This document shows positions 53,990-64,000 of a stretch of 64,000 nt of DNA, one piece after another. The position numbers and the translations under genes were made by a program. The stretch spans positions 3,906,001 to 3,970,000 of the forward strand of contig NC_043016.1 of assembly GCF_006345805.1 (NCBI RefSeq), given 5' to 3'. Numbering within the stretch: the first letter of the stretch is position 1; the number at the start of each line of letters is the position of its first letter. The notes below the pieces were generated by a model. The model was not told where the DNA came from and ran no database searches. It was given only the letters and a program-made list of their open reading frames with translations. This stretch comes from Octopus sinensis (Eukaryota).

Positions 53990-54112
53990 CTTTATTTAAA
54001 GCAGCAGAAAATTCAACAAAAATGTTACTCTGAGTTTCCGTTGCCGTTCATCGGACAGTTTTTGCTACTCAGAGTAACAGGTTTTGTTGAATTTTCTGCT
54101 GCTTTAAATAAA
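53990..54112. repeat. Inverted repeat (~44-bp arms) around a hammerhead motif
   Basis: tttatttaaagcagcagaaaattcaacaaaa..tgttactctgagt / actcagagtaaca..ttttgttgaattttctgctgctttaaataaa. Confidence 0.9.
54023..54058 (-). ncRNA. Minimal hammerhead variant (CCGAUGA core)
   Basis: Minus: tgt CCGATGA a CG gcaa CG GAAA CTC a GAG TA aca. Confidence 0.6.
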
Positions 54113-54242
54113 GCATATTACTCTACCACTGGTATTTGAGTACTCTTTTTTCCACCTTGTTTCACATTTATGTGTTTACTCCGGTATATATATACATGCG
54201 TGTGTGTGTGTGTGTGTGGTGTGTGTGTGTGCGCGCGTGAAA

Positions 54243-54505
54243 TCGCGTGGTCTAGTGGTTTGGCTGTTGCACTCGTAATCGTTTGATCATGGGTTCGATT
54301 CCCTGACTGGGCGGCGCGTTGTATTCTTGAGCAAAACATTTCATTTCGTATTGCTCCCGTTCACCTCCGATCAAGCGGGAACTGTTGGGCTACTCGCCTA
54401 GCCAGCGGAGTGGCGTCATTTGAAGGCTAAAATAATGCAAAAGCGCATTGTGACCAGCGATGTATAACAACATCGGATAGTCTGGTCGGTCACGTACTCA
54501 CATGA
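54243..54505 (+). mobile_element. tRNA-derived SINE
   Basis: A box TGGTCTAGTGG, B box GGTTCGATTCC, ttcttgagcaaaac motif. Confidence 0.8.
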
Positions 54506-54929
54506 TATGTACATATATATCATGTACCACGACTACCACAGGGTGACACTGAACAGATTTCGACGGTAACTGCAGTGGATTTGCTTTTTAGTATTTGAAA
54601 TATGTCACAAACATATTTTAACTAACCTAAACTTTGCTTATGCCTAAACACTGCTTGGTGCTAATGATTCTTTATATATATCATATACATACATACATAC
54701 ATACATACATACATACATACATACATACATACATACATACATACATACATACGTACGTACAAACATACATATATGCATATATACTCACACATATATATAT
54801 ATATATATATGCATGGTACCTTGGGAAAGAGTTTTCTATTATAGCCTCGGATCGACCAAAGCCTTGTGAATGGATTTGGTAGACGAAAACTGAACGAAGC
54901 CCGTCGTATATATATATGTATATATGTAT

Positions 54930-55040
<111 letters not shown>

Positions 55041-55214
55041 ATAATATTAGGAATATATCCAAATTTACAGGGAAAAAAAATCAGATTTAGGATTAAATCC
55101 AATTTTATAGTAAAATATTATAAAATATTATTTGAGACAAAACCACTATTTTGCAAAACAAACAAGGAAAGACTTAATCAATACATAAAATTTAATAAAT
55201 AGTCAAAAAAACCG

Positions 55215-55257
55215 CCACTACAATCGTTTCTTGTCTTGATCGACAATCTTCAGGTGG
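55215..55257 (-). ncRNA. Type I hammerhead ribozyme (left arm of the inverted repeat)
   Basis: Exact reverse complement of 58508-58550. Confidence 0.8.
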
Positions 55258-58200
55258 ACTTCCAATCTAAAAAATCAAATTTTAAAATATAAAAATAATA
55301 CTTTTAAATAATTAAAGTATAAATGAAAAATATAAGTATATAATCCATATATAACCTATATATAATCCATATCGAAAATATAGACTAATTACCACGAATT
55401 CCCTAAAAAAACCATGATAAACAAAACCTCTAAAACATATAACGATAAAATCTCCTTTTGCTAAACTCTATAACAAACCTATAAAGTAAACCCCCTAACC
55501 TAACATTCACACACAAATACACACACGTAAACCACAGACTCACGACTTATACACTACCTATACTAACTTATAAACCTCAATATACACCAAAACCCACTCC
55601 CTCCCACACAGACAAATTAAACATACATCCCAAAACCTAATAACAAACCCATATACACATTCACACACAAAACACACACTCACACGCAAAACACTCACAC
55701 ACAAAAGATACATATACTCCCTCACATATACGCCTATACATACTCACTAAACTCGACATATACAACAATACTTACACACCCACAAAAAACATTATATACA
55801 TTTATGAGCTTAACTCACCTTAGCATCTCTAACAAACAACTTGCAGTAACCCAATCCCATTCTCTATGCCTACCTCACTACTACACTATTCCATTCACAT
55901 TCCAAGCAACGCTAGTCCACCACCCGGTTATTCACGTGGCAAAACGAACACCACTCAAAATTATGAATGAAACAATGTAAAAAAATAACCAACACCTAAA
56001 ATAGACAAAATACCACAAATTACCTAAAAAAACCATGATAAACCAAAACTCATAAAAGCATATAACGATAAAATCTCCCTTTGCTAAACCCTATAACAAA
56101 CTTATATAGCAATCCCCCTAACCTAAACATTCACACACAAAAACCCACACGTAAACCACAGACCCAAGACTTATACACAAACCTATACTAACTTATAAAC
56201 CTCAATATACACCAAAAACCACTCCTCCCCACACAGACAAAATAACACATACACCCAAATCCTAAATAACAACCCAAATACACATTCACACACAAACACA
56301 CACCACACAAAACACACATACAAACAACAGATACATATGCTCCCTCACATATACGCATATACATACTCACTAAAACTCGATATATACAACAATATTTACA
56401 CCCACACTCATACAGATAAATAAATTAATTATACAATTAAAAACTCACAACCAATCTCATATACATAACACTCTTATGAAAACAACAATAAATACATCGT
56501 AATTAACCAGAATATCAAAAATAACATTATGACATAAGGATAAATCAAATACTACTTACAATTCAGTTACAATTATGAAGTGAAATTAGATTTTTAGCCG
56601 TTAAAAAACCAAACAAAATTACGTTACCATGGAAATAACTAATGTAAAAAAAGAATACGCGCCATAGAAAGTAAACGTCATTCATAGTATGAATGGAGAA
56701 ATATAATAAATGGAACTAAAAACTATTTCCACGTAGCAAACCAACGCTACTTAAAAAATTTATTATGAATGGATTCTTTAAAAACTATCATGAAAAATCA
56801 ATTATATACATTTATGAGCTTTAGCTCACCCTAGCAACTCTAACAAACAACTTACAGTAACCCATACTCAATACCTACCTCATTACCACCCTAATCCATT
56901 CACAAACCCATACTCAATACCTACCTCATTACCACCCTAATCCATTCACAATTCCAATGATTTTTCATGATAGTTTTTAAAGAATCCATTCATAATAAAT
57001 TTTTTTAAGTAGCGTTGGTTTGCTACGTGGAAATAGTTTTTAGTTCCATTTATTATATTTCTCCATTCATACTATGAATGACGTTTACTTTCTATGGCGC
57101 GTATTCTTTTTTTACATTAGTTATTTCCATGGTAACGTAATTTTGTTTGGTTTTTTAACGGCTAAAAATCTAATTTCACTTCATAATTTGTAACTGAATT
57201 GTAAGTATGTATTTGATTTATCCTTATGTCATAATGTTATTTTTGATATTCTGGTTAATTACGATGTATTTATTGTTGTTTTCATAAGAGTGTTTATGTA
57301 TATGAGATTGGTTGTGAGTTTTAATTGTATAATTAATTTATTTATCTGTATGAGTGTGGGTGTAAATATTGTTGTATATATCGAGTTTTAGTGAGTATGT
57401 ATATGCGTATATGTGAGGGAGCATATGTATCTGTTGTGTATGTGTGTTTTTGTGTGTGTGTGTGTTTGTGTGTGAATGTGTATTTGGGTTTTATTTAGGA
57501 TTTGGGATGTATGTGTTAATTTGTCTGTGTGGGGAGGGAGTGGTTTTTGGTGTATATTGAGGTTTATAAGTTAGTATAGTTTGTGTATAAGTCTTGGGTC
57601 TGTGGTTTACGTGTGGGTTTTTTGTGTGAAATGTTTAGGTTAGGGGATTGCTATATAAGTTTGTTATAGGGTTTAGCAAAGGGAGATTTTATCGTTATAT
57701 GCTTTTGAGTTTTGGTTTATCATGGTTTTTTTAGGTAATTTGTGGTATTTTGTCTATTTTAGGTGTTGGTTATTTTTTACATTGTTTCATTCATAATTTT
57801 TGAGTGGTGTTCGTTTTGCCACGTGAATAACCGGGTGGTGGACTAGCGTTGCTTGGAATGTGAATGGAATAGTGTAGTAGTGAGGTAGGCATAGAGAATG
57901 GGATTGGGTTACTGCAAGTTGTTTGTTAGAGATGCTAAGGTGAGTTAAAGCTCATAAATGTATATAATGTTTTTTGTGGTGGTGTAAGTATTGTTGTATA
58001 TGTCGAGTTTAGTGAGTATGTATAGGCGTATATGTGAGGGATATATGTATCTTTGTGTGTGAGTGTTTTGCGTGTGAGTGTGTTTTTGGTGTTTGAATGT
58101 GTATATGGGTTTGTTATTTAGGTTTTGGGATGTATGTGTTAATTTGTCTGTGTGGGGAGGGAGTGGGTTTTGGTGTATATTGAGGTTTATAAGTTAGTAT

Positions 58201-58507
58201 AGGTATGTGTATAAGTCGTGAGTCTGTGGTTTACGTGTGTGTATTTGTGTGTGAATGTTTAGGTTAGGGGGTTTACTTTATAGGTTTGTTATAGAGTTTT
58301 AGCAAGGGAGATTTTATCGTTATATGTTTTTAAGAGTTTTGTTTTATCATGGTTTTTTTAGGGAATTCGTGGTAATTAGTCTATATTTCGATATGGATTA
58401 TATATAGGTTATATATGGATTATATACTTATATTTTTTCATTTATACTTTAATTATTTAAAAGTATTATTTTTATATTTTAAAATTTTGATTTTTTAGAT
58501 TGGAAGT

Positions 58508-58550
58508 CCACCTGAAGATTGTCGATCAAGACAAGAAACGATTGTAGTGG
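58508..58550 (+). ncRNA. Type I hammerhead ribozyme (right arm of the inverted repeat)
   Basis: CCAC CTGAAGA TTGTC gatcaa GACAA GAAA CGATTG TA GTGG; GUA site. Confidence 0.8.
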
Positions 58551-58641
58551 CGGTTTTTTTGACTATTTATTAAATTTTATGTATTGATTAAGTCTTTCCT
58601 TGTTTGTTTTGCAAATAGTGGTTTTGTCTCAAATAATATTT

Positions 58642-58696
<55 letters not shown>

Positions 58697-58854
58697 AGCT
58701 TAGAGAAGAAGAAGAAAACGAAACGAATCGAATCGACGCGAGGGCGCTCAGTCATACAATAGTGTAATAAATAAAATATATGCCACACATACAAACATAT
58801 ATGTACGTACCTACATCTACATGTATATATACATGCATATATAAATATATATAT

Positions 58855-59120
58855 AGTGGTGTACAGGACACCACAATAGACGTAGAACTCAACGAGAAAC
58901 GAAAAAGTAAAAATAGCATGGAACGGACCATTTTTTTAACAACGAAAAAACAGAGTACAAGACAACTACACAAGGAAAATCCCCTTCATCAGCTGTCCCT
59001 AGTTCAACTCCAGCATGTTTCGAAGGTGAGGACAGAACATGTCTCGTCGAACTAGTCCTTCCTGCGAAAGAATTAAATAAAATTCCTTTGCAGAGGGGTA
59101 AAAACAAGGAAAAAAAATGT
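58855..59120 (-). mobile_element. Non-autonomous repeat carrying the permuted hammerhead (best copy)
   Basis: Homologous flanks to 12970-13230 and 28685-28780; bounded by (TA)n. Confidence 0.65.
58981..59055 (-). ncRNA. Putative non-circularly permuted (pseudoknotted) hammerhead ribozyme
   Basis: Minus: CTAGTTCGAC gaga CATG T T CTGTCC tca CCTTC GAAA CATG ctgga GTTGAACTAG GGACAG CTGATGA AGGGG; complete core and all three stems in register. Confidence 0.7.
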
Positions 59121-60165
59121 GACAAATATATATATATATATATATATATACATACATACATCATATATATACATACAACATAATATTACATACATCCATA
59201 CATACATACATACATACATACATACATACACATACATATATATATATAATATATAATATATATATATATATAATATATATATATATTATTATACATATAT
59301 ATATATATATATCTATATATATATATATATATATATACGACGGGCTTCGTTCAGTTTTCGTCTGCCAAATAACAATATAACCTGAAAGTAGTAAAGGAAC
59401 AACCGTCCTGTGTCCCAGATAGTGGTTTTTCTCGTAGAGAAAAGATAGAACATCTGCGGGCTAGAGTAGGCAAGTGAACATTTTTATTCATATCAGATCT
59501 GTTGTAATGTTTAACAATATCCATGGTGTTTACATGAGTATCAGCAACACCAGTAACTGATATGGATGCCATATTCTACTACTGCCTTTACTCAAACTTA
59601 ACAAAAAATAATCAAAGTTGAAGTATTTCCTGGGTCTGAAGAGCTGCAGTAGTTTGGAAGAAACAAGTTTGCTGTGTTGATAATATGAACGTGCAAGGAA
59701 CGGCCGGTAGATATTTTGATGCTTTTGATCAGGAGAGACTATGAGTAGTTTGTGTACATAATCCAAAACAAGAAACGGTAGAATACATTTTTTACTTTTT
59801 ATATTTTCAATTTTTCTTTTTTCATAAGCAGTGATTATGTCTTTCAGCTGTTGAGAGAGGTTATCGTGTTGCCTTTGGAGAATGTTTTCGATGTGCCTCT
59901 ACATACAGTAAGTGCAAATTTCACGTGAGATGTCGAGTTCACATGAAAATGATGACGTCTTACTGCAGAACCTTGGGAAGGACTAAACAGAGATACCATC
60001 ACTTCAGAGTTATTACAAAGGGGAAAGCGAGGACATTTATCACTTAGGGAACACAAAAGTTCTGCAGATCAGAAACAGTGCGTCGGCTTCTATTGCGTTG
60101 CAAAAATTTTCTAACCCAAGAGATGAACGATGGATGTATTTCAACGGCGATCAGTTCAGCTAGAA

Positions 60166-60497
60166 CAATGGTTCTCATCCGGGATCCATATGGCCCCTAA
60201 AGGTCCACATTAGATTTTTGAGGGTTCACACAACAAAATACTAAATTGGGGATCAACAATACCATTTTAAAGGTCCCTGAAAATAATTTGCTTTAGTTGA
60301 ATGTATTGTTATGTTTTGCAAAAAACAGCTAGGTTCCTTTCTCTAACATTTTACATAGTTCAACCTAAACAAGTTAATGTATGAAACCATAATAACATTC
60401 TACGGAACTAGTTTTTAAGCATCAAATTGTTACGGAGGTTCACCAGAATAATAGTAATCAAAGGGGGTCTATAAATAAAAATGGTTGAGAAACCCTG
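60166..60497. mobile_element. hAT (Buster/Charlie) MITE
   Basis: TIRs caatggttctcatcc / ggttgagaaaccctg; perfect 8-bp TSD AGCTAGAA at 60158-60165 and 60498-60505. Confidence 0.9.
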
Positions 60498-61519
60498 AGC
60501 TAGAAGAATCCTATTCCAAATATTGTTTTGTTCACCAGTTTTACTTCGGCTGAATTTCTCAAATATGAGTTAATGAGGATTAGAACGGGAGAGAAGAGCT
60601 GGTTGAGCTAGTGTGATGAAAGCTACCCGGTTTAAAGAAATCGCTCTTTGTGAGCAAGGAATAGGCTGTCGCATGTTTTTAAAAACTTTGATATGTTTCT
60701 GCAGATTGAAAATTGAAGAGTAAGGCAACGATAGAAGCTCACTTTAGAGAATAATATTTGAGAGTAGTGGAAGGAACAGTGTCAAAGCCGATAACCATGT
60801 GAGTCCAAAATGACTGAGTATGTTGTTGTTTACCTCCAGGCCTTCACTTATGAAAAACTATGATCAAAAACACACATGTAGACAGACTGATAGACGGACA
60901 GAAAGCTAAATAGACAGACAGACTCATAGACCGACAGACAATCAGATAGTTAGATAGATAGATAAATGCATATATTATCCTATATAGAACTTAGTATTAG
61001 GAATGAAATGCCATATGTTAGTATACCAAAATTTCTCATGCTCGTTGAAACACTCCACTCAACCAAAAGAAAATATTCAGAAATGTCTGTGATTCTAAGT
61101 CAAACAACGCTTCTAAAAATGCAGCCGAACAGTCAAATCAATAAACATCATCTCCACAACTATAAATGCCACTTCAACAACAACAACAGCTTCAGAAAAT
61201 GAAACTACACCAAGAACATCGACAATAAGAGACAAGCCAGCAAGAGAAACAGCAAGAAAAGGGACGTAAATACCAAGAACAGGAACATCAATTACAAGCA
61301 ACAGTGAAAGAAACAGGAAGAAGTGCAACAAAATCAGAAACAACTTTTTTTTAATTTGACAGAGACTGGATTATCGAACTAATTAAGTAGAAAGTTGACG
61401 AACACCATCTTCAACAACATGCGTCAAGTTTAAGAGAAAAATTAGAATAGCATCTGTTAGATTTAGCAAAAGAATAACTGAATAGAATAACAGAGTATAG
61501 AAAATTTATTTAATCGTTA

Positions 61520-62400
61520 AGGAGAGGTCCACAGAAGGAGCATCGCAAACGGCATCGCTAACGGTAAGAATGGCTTTTGATTATTTCTACGACCTGAAAC
61601 ATTAAGCATGCATTGTCTATGTTAAGGTGCGTGCGCTGAGACAGAAGGGTATGAAAGCTGTTCGGTGGGTCTGGCTGGTGGAAACGTAGTGACAAAGCTA
61701 GAATTCAGTCTGTGGTTACGGCAGTCGCATGCTCTCCGATTCCAAGCGAATGACTGCAGTATTCAGCAGTATTTGGCCAAATTGCTTCCGTTAAGCGGCA
61801 GACTGAAAACAGAGGGCTTTGATGTCTATTTCTATAGTTTGCTGCAATTGTGGAGCAGGGAGAGTGCTTCGGAAAAGCAATTTCAGCAAACTAGGTGCCG
61901 GATATGTTGAGCCTTTCTGCGAGGCGCAGGTCGCCATGATTGGATAGTCCATTCTTCGAGCTCTATGTCGATACATCAAACTTGTTTACTCTTATCTTGG
62001 CAACAGTTTACTGCAGCTGACAACAGACTAGGTGTATTCACAATCGAGTTAGTAAAGGAATGATGTCGCTGATGAAGAAAGACGCAAGTAAAGGTGACAT
62101 AACTGAAAATAACTCTGTTCAATATAGGGTTAAAATTTTGGTAAAGCTACTTACCAAAAACTTGGGGCTGGTCGCTGGTAGTGTAGTTGAGGAAGTACAA
62201 ACTTGTGTCATCCCCGGTACAGCTTAAGTCATTCTTCACTTCATACGATACGTCCGAACGTTGCTGTGACAAATAGAGTTTTGTCTAACAGTTGTTTGCA
62301 TGCAGAATGGATCCGGCAATCGGTTAAGTCCATTGTGAAGGTTATCTAGTCGACATTTTCAACCGGGAATGACAAATAGTTTTAATTTGTCTAGTTGCTG
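61520..62400 (+). mobile_element. Decayed Tx1/L1-type RT fragment
   Basis: Manual translation GMMSLMKKDASKGD...ITLFNIGLKILVKLLTKNLGLVAGSVVEEVQTCVIPG. Confidence 0.6.
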
Positions 62401-63339
62401 CTCAGAAGTGGAAAGTTTGAAAGGCCTGAAGACAGATACATTCCTCTTGGGCCAATCCCTCATCAACTTTTACAAATTTTAAAGTTTCACATAGAAAGGA
62501 AGATGAGAATAGAGAGTGAATTGTTGAAAGGCGAGAGAGAGTGACGAACATGGACTGAATGAATATGTTTGCTCTGAGCATGCGTCTATAGACAGGAAAA
62601 TTACATTATCACCATCAATAAGATTAATACGCTAACATTTTGTTTTTGCACGTACCTGATGTGTGCGTCACACTTACTTCAAAGGAGTGGAAAAGTGAGA
62701 GAGAGGAGGACAGAGAGGAAGTAAGAGAGAGATTGAGAAAGGGAAAGAATGAGAAAGAAAGGGAGATAGTGAGAGAGAAAGAGAGAGTGAAAGAGTAAGC
62801 TGTGACGTTGTTCGTTTTGTGTTTTTAGATTTTTATCACATCGCAAGAGAAGTAGATACATAGATACATACACAAATTGTTAAGTCAAAAGCGGGAGAGA
62901 GGAGAGGGAAACAAAGGAAGTGAAAGAGGAAGAAACTGAGTGAGACAGTAGATACATAAATCCCAAGAAAAGTTCATTCATAGAAAAATACACACAGCAA
63001 TATTGGCTGTCAATTTCACTTTTCATTACTTCACAAGGATAAAATTAACTCACAAATGGCTGAGTACTCCACAGATACGCATAACATTAACGTAGTTCTC
63101 AAGGAGATTCAGCTTCAAACAAAATAAGACAAGACTGGCCCCTTTGAATTACAGCTCATTTATTATTTCGTCCTTTTGCATTTCAATTTGTAGATTAAGG
63201 TTCCTTGAATATGTACTTTGTATTTTAAGGTTAAATAGTAATTTCGTTTACGTTTGTGTAACTGAGATATTTTGGTTGGATTATATAATCATTTGTGTTT
63301 CATTACTTTCTATATTCTGTAACTGTCACAATATACTTT

Positions 63340-63480
63340 TCTAGGCCTGAATTTTTTGTTGGGGGAGGCCAGTTGATTAGATTGACCCCAATACACAACT
63401 GATACTTAAGTTATCGACGCCGAAAGGACGAAAGGCAAAGTCGATCTCGGCAGAATTTGAACTCAGAACACAAAGACAGA
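63340..63480 (-). mobile_element. SINE fragment (10594 family)
   Basis: Reverse complement of gttctgagttcaaattctgccgagatcgactttgcctttcgtcctttcgg. Confidence 0.8.
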
Positions 63481-63599
63481 CAGTCATAATATACAAGCAT
63501 GGCTACAGTACACTGTTTGCAGAGACTTACATTTTTTATGTTTTCCGTGACTTTTTCTCGGGTCCAGCTAGTCATTTTTTATTATTAATATTATTTGAT

Positions 63600-64000
63600 G
63601 AAAACTCTCAGCTTATTTTGTTAGGTAAAATGGAAAGTGTCAGCTGTTCACAGCCAGAAGACTAAGGGGATACTTGTCTACTGATCATGCTTCAAGAACC
63701 CTGCGGAGAACTCTTGCAGTTCCAAGCAATAACGATTTTTCTAAGTGTTCTACCTTTATATTGGTTTCAACCTTTTTGGGCCACATTGCTAGTTAAGTAC
63801 TGATACTTCAAAACGCGCCAATCACTTCTGGTGTCACGTCCGCTCTCATCATTGCACACAACCTGCGTATTTTTCACTTCAATTTATCGTAAATGTTCGT
63901 TGTTTCTTCTTTCTCTTTGATCATGCAAGTTCTGTTTTCTTAGTACACCAAAACAGTGTCAGGTTTCCGATTTGTGATCTGATGGTCGCACTGAATCATT
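63600..64000 (-). mobile_element. R4/Dong-type retrotransposon 3' end (runs off the window)
   Basis: Manual translation QCDHQITNRKPDTVL ... PEVIGAF ... HLEKSLLLGTARVLRRVLEA*. Confidence 0.7.

Larger units (their letters stand above)
55119..58644. repeat. ~3.5-kb inverted repeat (arms ~1.68 kb, spacer ~157 bp)
   Basis: 55119-56800 is the near-perfect reverse complement of 56958-58644; each arm has an internal duplication with ~610-bp period. Confidence 0.95.

Noticed and set aside
58981-59026. Ordinary type II hammerhead parse (GAAA before CUGAUGA)
   Set aside because: No CAUGU-H or stem I' complement lies between GAAA and CUGAUGA. The matching strand is upstream, which is why the permuted model was chosen.

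Overview
Repeat-dense, AT-rich animal genomic DNA with one 100-N assembly gap. The SINE families and microsatellite style suggest an octopus or other coleoid cephalopod (inference). I can support no intact host protein-coding gene, and most track ORFs are translations of microsatellites. The window holds decayed Penelope-like elements (RT + GIY-YIG), R4/Dong-type and Tx1/L1-type LINE fragments, a Ty3/Gypsy pol remnant with its 3' LTR, a hAT (Buster/Charlie) transposon and a MITE with TSDs, non-autonomous Helitrons, several tRNA-derived SINE families, and a ~3.5-kb inverted repeat. About a dozen intact or decayed minimal type I hammerhead ribozyme motifs of the Penelope kind are scattered through it. 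The most interesting signal is a repeat-borne hammerhead (58981-59055, minus strand; relatives at 13107-13184 and 28685-28730). Its three catalytic strands occur in an order that is not a circular permutation of types I/II/III, which implies a pseudoknotted or trans-assembling hammerhead. Helix III and an extra helix covary between copies. All RNA structures were folded by eye and are untested.
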